DNA from: Callorhinchus milii
Lineage: Eukaryota
Length of the DNA: 64,000 bases
Assembly: GCF_018977255.1 (NCBI RefSeq)
Contig: NW_024704742.1
Span: 60,266,001 to 60,330,000, forward strand
Direction of reading: 5' to 3'
Under the pieces are notes generated by a model. The model was not told where the DNA came from, made no database searches, and saw only the letters and a list, made by a program, of their open reading frames with translations. Shown one piece after another: positions 26,948-39,358 of this stretch; positions within the stretch are counted from its first letter, which is position 1, and each line of letters begins with the position of its first letter. The translations under genes and the position numbers were made by a program.

Positions 26948-27315
26948 GGAGTCCTATATCTCAGTGGTTAGAGCCTCGCAAGCGAGGCACCTGAGTTTGA
27001 TTCCTGGCAGGGTGAAACATTAGGCAAGTTTTGCTTACTCCACACGTCTCTGTTTACCTAGCAGTGAGTAGGAACCCGACTGTTAGTCGATTGGCGGATC
27101 ATTTTTCCAGGGGTAATAATTCCTTCAAAAAAAACATAATAATAAATTGGTCACTTCAATCTACAACTGTTTGTGGGATACTGCTGTGTGTAATTGGCTG
27201 CCATGTTTCTCTCACAAAATATACAGTCAATTCACTTTAAAGTATATTCTGTGAAGCGCTTTGAGATGTCTCGAAGATGTGATAAGGCGCTATATCAAAT
27301 GCAAGGATTATTATT
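26948..27315 (+). mobile_element. SINE family A, full length
   Basis: Head ggagtcctatatctcagtggttagag, CORE-like centre, tail ...caaatgcaaggattattatt. Confidence 0.9.
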
Positions 27316-28364
27316 GTGAGACAGTCATTTTTCTAAAAGTCAGCATTGGCTGCATTTTAAAAAAAAGTATGCTCCATTAAAACATTCACAGCTGAGCAAA
27401 GTTATACTTAGAGTGTGTGTCTATGTGGATCCATGCTCCTGTTACACAGGAAGTGGTGTAAATCAGCTTCAGATGCTGAACAGCCGGTTTCCCATGCTGC
27501 TGCTGTCACTTTATATAGGAAGTGATGACATCTGTGTTTCTTGTCATCTGTAGCGTGCATGATGTGATATCAGTGGCAACACGACAACCCTGATCTCAGC
27601 CATTTATTTTGACCTTCATTCGAATTCAACCTCTGAAATATTGAACCCAGATGAGTGTGTAATACAGATGCCCTGTATCAAAGCACAGGGGTAAATATTC
27701 AGTCAAGTCCCATCTATTGCCTTTGGTGTTGTTGGCCTATAATGAGATTTCTATTGTCGCTGCACATTGCCAAAGGCATTGCATGTAACCTTGAATGGAA
27801 TTCTTACCCAACATCATACAATTACAGTATTTGTAAAGAGGAAATGCACTGAAATAAAAAAAATTGAATCCATTTTTTTCTAAAGCAAAGCTAGTTTTTC
27901 AGTGGTTCTTTGATAATGTTTTTGTCAAATACGCAACACTTTCAATTCTGAGTTCGGTACATTGATTCAGAAAAAAGGACGAGAGAATGCAAAATTGGTG
28001 AAATGAACTAAACAGTAATGTTACAAATACGTTACAAGCATTGATTGATGTGGTGCCTGAAGTCGAGTGACTTGGAGCTGGCAGATTGCAGTTATGCTAA
28101 TGGGTTTGAATCACTATGGGTTAGGATTCAGACCAAGGAACGGAAAGCTATGTATACACATACTTAGGCATAGACGCAGAGCTGCTACAATTATCACCAA
28201 ATGCTGCATTAAGAATTTTAAGAGCGAGGAATGCACCTTGCTCTATAACGTTTCACCTATAAATATACTAAACTTTACATTATATTCTGTGAAGCACTTT
28301 GAGATGTCTCAACAATGTTATAAGATGCTATTTCAAATGCAAAGATTATTATTATTAATATAGG

Positions 28365-28690
28365 TACCTACTTAGCTCAGTTCTCAGCACTCTTGTCTCT
28401 GAGTCAAAAGAGTCTGGGTTTAAGCCACATCAGGCCTTTGAACTCAGACAAGGCTGATATTCCAATACAATGCTGACGGATTTGTTGGAGGTTTCTTCCT
28501 TTGGTTTAGACATTAAATCGAAGTCCGGTCTGCCAGTTCAGGTGGACTTTAAAGATCCCAAGGCTCCATTCGAAAAGAGAAGGTAGTTTTTTCCTGGTGT
28601 CCTGGTCAACAAACACCAAATAAAATTGGTGATTCCCCTTACAGGACTGCTGTGTGTAAATTGTCTGCCATGTTCACCTATATTGTTGGC
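28365..28690 (+). mobile_element. SINE family B, 3'-truncated
   Basis: Head and Deu core ggtggactttaaagatcccaaggc. Confidence 0.8.
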
Positions 28691-29124
28691 CAGGACACTG
28701 AGAGAAAACCACTTCCTTTTTGAATAGTGCCATGGTTCCATCTATCTCTTCAACATCCCCCCTGAAGAGATAGATGGGACTTCGGTTTAACATCTCATCC
28801 AAAGGATGGTATTTCCAACAATGTAAAGTTCCCCCAGCACTGCACTGGATTGTCAGCCTAAATTACAGTCAAACCTGTTCAAGCAATCACCTCCATTCAA
28901 CACCTACCCCCTGTTAACAACATCCTGGAATAACCCGGACACACTGCTACACACACAAACAAACCTTTACTCAGAGGGCACCCTTATATAAAGACCACTT
29001 TGATCCCCTGAGAGGTTGTTGAAGACTCGTTTGACTGTATATGATTTCCAAGTCCAGTGTGGAGCTGAACCCACAACTTTTTATATCAGAGGCATTAGGA
29101 TTACCAATTGAGTCAGGCTGACAT
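28690..29124 (-). mobile_element. SINE family B (5' two-thirds) interrupted by a MITE
   Basis: Deu core 28690-28863; head 29040-29124 ending ttgagtcaggctgaca. Confidence 0.8.
28866..29037. mobile_element. Tc1/mariner (Tigger/pogo-like) MITE, 172 bp
   Basis: TA|CAGTCAAAC ... GTTTGACTG|TA; 9-bp perfect terminal inverted repeat, TA duplication, host SINE rejoins when the insert is removed. Confidence 0.85.
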
Positions 29125-31339
29125 ATGTAATCGCAGTTGCATTCATGTAATATCATTTTGACCCTCTAATTCACGCAGGTTTTCCATTGGAGTTTGCTCA
29201 ATAGAAATCCGCAAATCACGACTGATTTCTCTCTCCCAGGCTCAGGGATATTGATATCAATGGTATTACCCTTACAAAATATGCAGTCACCACACTTTGG
29301 AATAAATCTTTGAAGTGCTTTGAGTCATATCAACAAAATGATCAACACTATATCAAATACAAGAATTATTATTAATGCTGACATGGTTGAGATCAAATAA
29401 CTCAACTCAGATCAGAAAGAAAACTTTTATTCAATGGAATATTAAGGGAATAGTTTTTGTTTTCCGCTTCTCAATGCATAATACATGTCCAAAGTATCCA
29501 AATCCATGAATTCCTGTCTTACACAACATAAGTACTATCAAAGCCATTGTCTGATAGGAAATATTATTCAAAATCGGTTTATTCCTCCCTTTATCTAATA
29601 TTCTCATTAAGCTACAAACAAGTTTGCCTGCAAAATATATACTCATTATCCTTTGCAGTAAATTCTGTGAAGCGTTTTGAGGCATCCTCCCACCACTGAA
29701 AGATGTTATATCGAAAGCAAGAATTATTATAAGCTCTGCAACATTTTGTAACCTGTAAACAAAAGTCCTGATGTTCAGTTCCAAATTCTAGGGTAGATCC
29801 CAAGAAACGTTTGTGTTGAAAGCCTGGAGAGCATGAACATTATGGCATCTCCAAAAGTGAGATACACTTGTCAGTCTGCATATCATCACTCTGTGAATTG
29901 TCGTCCGTTTTATTGATTGTTTGGAATGAAGAAGCAAAGAACTCGAAAAATAACAGAGGAAGTCAAAGCAGAAATAAATCCTGAAGAATTTGTTGGTTTT
30001 CCTTCTATTGCAATAGCTAATTTGTCACTTCATCCATTAGTAATGAGTTTAGATGAGTCTAAAACTGTACCATCCTTTTTATTCAACTAACTCTATTTGA
30101 TGCCCACAACATTTTTAGTCATCTCTTGAAAAGAGGCAGGTTTCTTAAATTAAAAAAAACAGTTGTTGTACTAACATGCTGAATTTAGTTTAATTCAGCA
30201 TCGATCAAAGTTATTCTAAGGTACAAATACATGATTGAGATTAAAAGATCTGCCAAAAATCTAAAAAAAATACTGGTAGATCAGGCTTGATTATCTGAAA
30301 GGCCTCCTCCTCTTCCTACAGGTTTATTGCGTGCTTGCAATTCAATATACAAGCTTGTCGATTATACAATAGCATTTGGATAGTTAGGTAGAATTCTGTG
30401 GCCACATGAAGTAAACAGTAAATAAATTGTGTTGCCTGTTTATGATCTTTGTGTCTATAAAAGAGGTAGAAGAATGAACAGTTTGCAAATTAGATAGTGA
30501 TCAGGCACATGTAGAATCAAAAACATATAACTAATAATATTGCTTAGATGTTATTGGTCATTTAAGGACAGATATTCAGACCATCAATAATTTTATTTTA
30601 CCACCAAGTATATGACCGCCTCCTGATGTGAAAGGCACTATACAAATGTAATTTTGTACTGTAATTTTGTATTGTATATGTCTTTTATTATGACAATTTG
30701 CATTTATGTAATGCTCTTCACTTATGGTAATTTGGAGTGCTTCCTAATAATGGGATCAGACACCAAGCAAGGGAGAGGAAGACCAGGTGACCATAAGCAT
30801 GGTGGAAGAGGTAGATCTTTAAGTAGAATTTAACAACAGATAGAGAAAGGGTGAGACGGAGGGTAGAGGGAGGGAATTTCAGAGGTTAGTGGCATTGGAG
30901 CTAAATTAAAATAATATCTTCGCCATTTCATTTTTGTAGTTTAGCATTAATATTAAAATGAAACTATCCCTGATGTTTGAAAGCGTTATTACTATACCAG
31001 TGATTCTTTTTATACCATCACAGTGCATAAGCTGAAAGCTTACAATAACAATCCTCCCAGAGAGACGTTCTAAAGGTTTAACCAGCTTCAAGCAATGCCT
31101 GAGATTAGAAGAATTGTGTTCCCAACAGAGTAGTTAATATGTGTAAGACACTTCCAGCAAAGTAAGTTAATACTGTGTTGATTAACTCCCTACTTGCTGT
31201 TCATTGACTCCTACAGGAAAATGTGCATGCTTGGATATTTTGGCTCTCTCTGAAAAGTTTTGCAATGTTTGTGCAGCTCAGACCATCCTACCCATTAGGG
31301 CTTTGGCTTCCAAGGTTGACTGGAGTCGAGTGGAAAGAA

Positions 31340-31562
31340 CCATGTTTCCTTACTCCACATGCATGATAATAATCCCTCAAGAAAAAAAAACAATAAATTG
31401 GTCACTTCAATCCACGACTGTTTGTGGGACACTGCTGTGCGCAATTGGCTGCTGCATTTTGCCCACAAATACAGTCAATTCATTTTACAGTCTATTCTGT
31501 GAAGCGCTTTGAGAGTCTAGAAGACATGAAAAGCGCTATATAAAATGCAAGGATTATCATTA
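31340..31562 (+). mobile_element. SINE family A 3' part
   Basis: gtttccttactccacat...tggtcacttcaatccacgactg...gcaaggattatcatt. Confidence 0.85.
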
Positions 31563-33061
31563 ATATTTTCCCAGTACAGAGCTGCCCTTTCAAGTCCTGC
31601 TGATGAAACAGGCTTGTAGATCTTTTAACAACAGTGCAAATATTTGGATATTGGGTGAGAACTGTGATCCTCTCGGGGGTCACATAAAGAATTAAAGTAA
31701 TCTTATATATGAAGGAGTAGAAAATTTTACCTGGGCCTAGACTAATTTGGCAAATTCTTAAATCCAGTCTTAAAGCTGAAGCCGTTTTTTGTAAGTTTTT
31801 TTAAAAGACACAGAAAATGGCTGAATTCACCAATTTGTTGAATTTTAGATGCTCTTAAACACTACATAATTAGAGTCAATCTAGATCCGTGGGGAATGTC
31901 TTGCCCAAAGAGTGCCTATGCAGGCAAAGTACTGTGGATCTGCTCGCAACTAGGGAACCCATATGCCAGAACGAGACAGCACTTGCAGGATAGGAAGGAG
32001 GAGGGATAAAGAATGGCAAACAAAATTCTAGGGGAAAAAAGGCTTCCAAGTTATGACTGAAATTAAGAATTTTCCCAAATTCCGTTCGATGTTAAATGTT
32101 AATGATTTTAAGGCTAAGACTGTGAGATACTTTTGAATTCTGAAGGTACCAAGATTGATTTCACAAACTTCTGCGAAGGGCAACCTTCCGGCAACCACTT
32201 GAAGATTGAAAGCAGTAACACTAGAAAATACAATTGAATCTGAGAAATCTCTGACTCTCTCATTAATAGTCAATGCAATTTCTTCCAGTCTTTCTGTTTC
32301 TAGCAATCACTAGAGTAATTTTTATGAAACATCTGTCCTTGAAGCCATTATCTCAAGTTGTACCTTGCTGTTAAGCCATTTAATATGCAAAAAAAGTCTA
32401 GAATAATGAGGAAGAATGCTAAATATTATAAAATAAGATTTTTATGACAATATTCAATAACCAGAACAGATGAATATTCATTCGCTAAGCATAAGTTTTA
32501 CATTTATTGATATATTTGTGATTTGTGAAATCAAAGGGAATATTTTAAAGCTCTTTTTTAGCCAGAAAGAATTTTCTGCTCATTCACTTTGAACATTTTT
32601 CCTTTTACAAGAAAACACAGAGGTTGTCATTGTTGTCACTTCACAATGATGAAGCCCAACAATGAGCAAAGGAGAAGGAAATGAAGGGGGAAGGAGTGGT
32701 GGACAAACACATAGGTTTTTAGGCAGGTACATTTTCAGAAAATGCACTTCAAAACCATACGAAATACATGCAATTTAATACTAGATATTGCTACAAGAGT
32801 AATATTTATTATTATTCATAATAATCACCCTTGCATTTTATATAGTGCCTTATCATATCGAGAATAGACTATAAAGTGGATTGATTGTATATTTTTGTGG
32901 GTGAGATATCACTTTTGGTAACCTTCACATGCAGTGTTGTTACTTGCATTGGACTCATGGTAATATCCTTAACATTTCCCAGCGTAGACTGAATTCTGTT
33001 CTTTGTTATTCCCACAACAGTTAATTGACCTATTGCAGATGCTGAGCCAGAGCTGCATTGA

Positions 33062-35800
33062 ATCATAGAAAAATATAATTATGCAGCACAGAAGGAGGCC
33101 ATTCAGCCCATCTTGTCTGTGCCGTCTATTTGAAAAGAGCTATCCAATTCAATCTCACTCCCCCGATCTCTCCTCATAGCCCTGCAAACTTGTCCTCCCC
33201 GAATATCTATCTACTTCTCTCTTAAACGTTTTTGTCGAATGGGCTTCCAACAACCTTTCAGGCAATGCATTGCAGATCAGAACAACTCGCTGTTTGAAAA
33301 ATTTTCCCCTCACCTCCCCTCTGTTTCTTTTAACAACTATTTTAAATCGGTGCTATCGGGTTACTGACCCATTCGCCAGTGGAAATAGTTTCTCCTTGTT
33401 CATCCTATTGAATCCCCTCAGAAATTTTGAAAACTTCTATTAAGTCTCCTCTTAACTTTCTCTGCTCCAAGGAGAATAACCCTAGCTTCTCTAGCCTCTA
33501 TTCATAACTGAAGTCCCTCATTCCTGCTACCATCCTGGTAAATCTCCTTTGCACATTGCCTTGACATCCTTCCTAAAGTGTGGTGCCCAAAACTGAACAC
33601 AGTCTCTAGCTGAGGCCTAACCAGTATTTTATAAAGGTTCATCATAACTTCCTGACTTTTGTATTCTATGCTCCTATTTAGAAAGCCTGGTAACCTGTAT
33701 GCTTGTTTAACAGCTTTATTTACCTGTCCTGCCACCTTCAAAGATGTACTTATATGAACCCCCAGGTCTCTCTGTTTCTTCACCCCTTTAAGATTCTGCC
33801 ATCAGCTTATATTGCCTCTTCTCATTCTTCTCCCAAATGCATCACTTTGCATTTCTCCACATTAAACTTCATCTGCCATGTGTCTGCCTATTTCACAAGT
33901 CTGTCTATGTCCTCTTGCAGTCTGCTACTATGCTCCTCACTGTTTACTACTTTTCCTAGCTTAGCATCATCTGGGAAAGTTGGAAATTGTACTCCCTATA
34001 CCCAAGTCCAGGTCATTTATATAGATCACAAACAGCAGTGGTCCCAATAAAGACCCCTGGGGGACACCATTGCACACTTCTCTCCAGTCAGAAAAACAAC
34101 CATTCACCACCACTCTCTGCTTTCTGTCTCTCAGCCAGTTCTGTATTCATGCTGCCACTGTCCTTTAAATATGGTGGACTTCTACTTTGCTTACAAGTCT
34201 CTTATGTGGCACTTTATCAAATGGCTTTTGAAAATCCATATAAATTACATGAACCGCACTATGTTCATCCACCCTTTCTGTTACTTCATCAAAAATCTCT
34301 ATCAGATTTGTAAGGCATGATTGACTTTAACAAATCCGTGTTGGCTGTCCTTTATTATACCATATTTTTCTAAGTGAAAATTCATTTTGTCCTGGATTAT
34401 AGTCTCCAGAAGTTTCCCCACTACTGACGTCAGGCTGACTGACCTATATTTCCCGATTTATCTTTCTGCCCCTTTTTCTACAGGGGAGTAACATTTGCAT
34501 CCCTCCAGTCCTCTGGCACCACCCCGGTGTCTAAGGAAGATTGAAAGATTGTGGCTAGAGCCTCCATTATTTCCACCCTTACTTCCCTCAGTAATCTAGC
34601 ATGCGTCCCATCCAGACAGGGTGACGTATCTGCCTTGAGTGCCTACGACCTTCTTAGTACTTCTTCTAGGTTTATTCTTATCTTATCCAATTTCTCTACC
34701 CTCTCCTCCAATACTATGGCATTGGCTGCATATACTTCTTTTGTGAAGACAGATGCAAAGTATTCATTCAATAAGTCAGCCATGCCCTCTGCCTCCACAA
34801 GAAGATTTCCTCTTTGGTCCTTTATTGGACCCACCCTACTTTTGACTAACCTTTTATTCTTTATATGCTTCTAAAATACCTTAGGGTTCACTTTTATGTT
34901 ACCCATTAATCTTTTCTCATATAATCTCTTTGCCCCTCCTATTTCTTTTTCAATTATTTTCTAACCGCTCCTTTTCTGCTCCTTAACTCTAACCAAATAG
35001 ATTCTGTTTTTGGATGCTCTATTGCCACCCACCTCTGCTTTTCTTCCTTCCCTATCTCTCCTGAATACATTGTAGCCAGGAATATTGAGCTCCCATTGCT
35101 GCCCTTGTTTGAGGCAGTTCTCCGTTATTGCCACTACATTATTAACCCATGTGGCAACTTGAGCTTGCAGCTCACCAATCTTATTTGTCACACTTTGTGC
35201 ATTTACACACATGCAATCCAAGTCCAACTTAGTCTTTTGCACATTTCTCCCCTGTCTAATCCCCTCTTTTTTTCTGGATTACTCCTTATTGCATTGCTAT
35301 TCATCTCTCCAAACCCTTTATTTAACTTGGTTGTCCTCGATAATGCTACATCCTAATACCCTCCCCACCTCAAAATTAGTTTAAATCCTTCCCCACAGCA
35401 CTAGTTAAACTCCCTGTAAGGAAATTGATTCCAGCACAGTTCAGGTGTAACCCATCCACCTCGTACAGGTCCCACCTGCCCCAGAATTAGTCCTAATGAT
35501 CCAGAATCCTGAAGCCCTCCTTTCTGCACCTTCTTCCTACTCTTCAGCTTTTTCCCTAGCTTCTGAAACTCTCCCTTTCGGATCTCAGCCTTTTTTTCCC
35601 CCTATTTCATGGATCCCAACATTGACTGCGACTTCTGGATGTTAGCCTTCCCCCAGTAGAACATTTTGCATCCATTCCATGATGACTTCAACCCTCACAC
35701 CAGGGAGGCAACATACCATGCAAAAGTCACGTCTTTGGTTGCAGAAATGCCTGACTACTCCTTTCACCATTGTATCCCCAGTGACAATTGCATTGACACT
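33062..35800 (-). mobile_element. CR1 LINE with remnants of ORF1 (SGNH esterase), APE endonuclease, RT and 3' tail; internally deleted
   Basis: AIVTGDTMVKG...MVCCLPGVRV; DLYEVDGLHLN; CVNAQSVTNKIGEL...IPGYNVFRRDR; LLNEYFASVFT; QRDLGVHI; tail aatcatagaa at 33062. Confidence 0.92.
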
Positions 35801-37159
35801 TTTCCCTGTTTCCCCCTGTGCATTCATTTACTTTTGACAAATTACACTTTCAATCTCAGCATCAGAGTTTGCTCACTTGTTTTGTTTGACATGATAGAAG
35901 AGACCCTTACAGGGTAGCTTACATTGTGCCAACCTCTTTGATATTCTAGAGGACCAGGTCCACTGTTACATACTCCTTTCTCTGAGAGCTACTTATTTTA
36001 CTACAAGACTGTAAAAGGTCAAATGGAAGAGCAAACTAGAAAAGGTGCTTGAGCATTTTGATAACACCTTCAGCTAGACTAGTTTGCATAAGACAGCTTA
36101 CATTCAGTCAATTATTGGCTTTCTGGAATTTGCAGCAGTTGAAACAGGCTGTTTTCATTCAAGTGTGGCTTTGCAGCACAGTTTATATTAAGGGCTAATG
36201 AAAGGGGATCAAAATAGTTTTTTATGATTTCCGCCAAAGACAAAAAAAAGATGGATTTTTAGATGTTGTGACAAATTTCCCCTCTGGACTGACTTGCTCT
36301 GAAATAATATTCCTGGCAGCACCAGATGATAAGTGAGCCTATTAGGCTAAAGAATGCAATCTGCAGAAATAGCTACTGCAGGGCTGGGGTCACAGGAGCA
36401 TTAACATGTCAGCTAGCGGCAATTCATCAGATTTATTTAGCTTGTTTGTTGGGTACCGAGATTACAGAGAAGAAAAGGGGTCATATTTCATCTTACATAG
36501 ATTCATAGTTATTCCACAATATCAGTTTAGGAGCATCATTTTTTGTGTGTGTGGCTTTGAAACATTGCAAGGTAGCAATGAAACAGTCATTTTCAGGGTG
36601 AGCGAAGTACAAATATATCTTCATTTAAGAAGCAGAATGCCACTGTGTATAGTGACAGGATCCCTTCTTCTTTTAAGGCTTTAATTTAGATGTAGAAGAG
36701 CTTCAGTAACACCTCACCTGTGAATTAATCTTTTTCACAGAGAGAAGACAACATATTGATTATATAATTACCTTTGAGGACAAGTTTTGAAAGGGAGGTC
36801 TACAGAACAGTGTTTGGGATGACCTATGCAGGATGCATGTACAAAACCTATTTCAATTGCATCTTCACACAATTTCCCTTTTCATTTCTGAGCTCTGTTA
36901 CAGAATCACAAGTTGTTATAAAGTGTAAGCTAGGATGATGAGAGTGCATCATTCTTATTTAAGGACACACATAAAGATAGGTTCAAGATATGCATTGCTC
37001 ATGATTCCCTTATTATTGATTGTGTGTCAGCTTGGCTCAATGGTAGCACTCTCGCCTTTGAGTCTCGCCTGTGGATACAAGTGGATATTTAGCATCCAAC
37101 TGATCCACCACACATGATCTTGGTTCAACAACTCATTATAAGGAGCTACAGTACTTTGT

Positions 37160-37442
37160 GGAGTCCTGTAACTCAGTGATCAGAGAACTCGCCTCATAAG
37201 CGAGAGACCTGGGTTTGATTCCCAGCAGAGTGAAATGTTGGGCAAGTTTCCTTATTCCACACGCCTCTGTTTACCTCTCAATAAGTAGGAGCCTGGTTGT
37301 TAGTCAATTGGCGGATCGCTTTTACGGGGGTAATAATTCCTTAAAAAAAAATTGGTCACTTCAATCCACGATTGTTTGTGAGATAATATTGTGCGTAATT
37401 GGCTGCTGTGTTTCACCCACAAAAAACAGTCAATTCACTTTA
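37160..37442 (+). mobile_element. SINE family A, 3' end missing
   Basis: ggagtcctgtaactcagtg...ttgggcaagtttccttattccacacgcctctgtttacc. Confidence 0.88.
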
Positions 37443-38819
37443 TTATTGCACACTGAAGTGTAAGCCTACATTCTGAACTCAGATCTCTACACGATGCAAA
37501 CCCATATCTTTCTGATTTACAGCTCAACGAACTAAGCCAAAGTAACACATTTGACATTTAATATAGATATGATGTATCAGAGTCATGAGAAAGCTATGCA
37601 AGACATCAGAACCAGTTATGTGGAAATAAAACAATGAATTTAAGATTAAAGTGACCACCCAAATTATCAAACAATTACCTGCATTCAATAAAAAAAAGGA
37701 CTTGTCAAAGTTTTTCTTCATGATCAGAAGTTAGAAGGTGAATACAAGTCCATAAAGCCAGTTGTTCCCAAAGGGAATAAGTTAATCTAACTAAATAGAA
37801 ATACACAGTGGCACTTTATCCCACTGGTAGAGCCTGAATTTCATTTAAGTTTGTTAAATCAACTGGAAGCACACATGACCACATCAACAACTTGCATTTA
37901 TACAGTGCCCTTCATGCGGGGCAGCTTCTCAGAGTGCTTAAATTAGATTTTACATCCACTTGATTTTACAAAACTCAATTAAATTCTTTCTGGCTTATAT
38001 TGACATTCTGCCCCTACCACCAGCTACCCACCCACCTTCCCAAATAGGTACACTTGCCATGAAATATTGGTGGACAAATTATTGAATCTGTAATAGTTGG
38101 ATTGCTTGAAAGAGTGGGCATCAGTGCATGGTGAAAGCCATAATTCTTAGAACAAGCTGAACTACTACAGCTCAGTAGTTGTGATACATCAGTATCTGCT
38201 AAGGGTCATAATCAATGTTCCATATGTTTTATGTTGGAATGGGACTTCAAGTTGATTAAAACACTCAGCTGCACTTCATATTTTCATCAGCTCTCTATAC
38301 CAAACTCCAGCATGAGAAAAATTGTTAAACATTCATTATAAATATAATAAACTACCTGCTAGCATGCATGCATCAGAAATTTTCATCAGTTAAATCTGAT
38401 GGGCACTGCATCACACAGCTTATATCAGACTGATACAAATCTCCAATTTCACAGCCCATATCTTCACCAAAGGCAAGATGTGAGAGTTTTTACACTGATC
38501 TATGATCAAAGTATATTAATTTCATACTGTTTATTTTGATTGCTGTAAATTGTATCACCTTGAAATTCACAACAAAAGCAGACAGAATCATACTATAAAT
38601 TGGGATCAAATTCTTCTATTCCTGTGCTCTGTTACAAGTATGCAGCTATGGTGATTGAAAAGGCTTTGATCCATGTACAGTTTTATTTCCCTAAATTTAT
38701 ACTTTTTATCTTTTTGACTGAACTATTAAGAGGAGTGATGGTAGATAAGTAAACCATGTTTGTTTGGCTCAGGTTATAGTTTGCTTAACCGATACTTCAA
38801 AACGTTGTGATTTCCATTC

Positions 38820-39155
38820 CCACATTGGGACCTGACCTCATAATCCAGCAAGCCTGATACTCCAATGTAATATTTAGTGAGCATGTATTGTCAGAGGTGC
38901 CATCAGTCCAATAAAATATTAATCTAACGTCCATCTGCCTGTTCAGGTGGAATGGACATTACAGATCATAATAGTATTCAAAATGAGAAGAGAGTTATCT
39001 TCCCCTCTCCATCCCCCAATCCCATTGCTAACAATCCTCCTCATTAATTGATCATTCACCTCATGGCTGTTTATGAGATCTAGTTGGCAGTCACTACACT
39101 TGATATTAATTATTTATGAAGTACTTTAAGATGTTTAAATGTGATAAGATGTTAC
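38820..39155 (+). mobile_element. Degraded SINE family B
   Basis: tgtcagaggtgccatc...atctgcctgttcaggtgg...catggctgtttatgagatc. Confidence 0.6.
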
Positions 39156-39358
39156 AAAATGTTTTTAACACCAAACGGAGAGAAATAAAGCCCATAATAT
39201 ATTCTGGTAACATATCAAAATGTTCGTTCTTTCTTAGAATTGCAGATTTCTGGGGCAAACCTGATGTTGTTATGGCTGGGACTGCACTTATAGATCAAAA
39301 ACTTTCTTGTCTGAATCCCAGTCTGGCCTGATCTCAGCTGGGTTTATATTAGAAGGCT

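Noticed and set aside
32028..32306. 92-aa minus-strand ORF and possible exon
   Set aside because: No recognisable protein similarity and poor donor sites
38416..38434. miR-21-like string cagcttatatcagactgat
   Set aside because: Two-base insertion relative to miR-21, different ends, and no complementary star arm nearby
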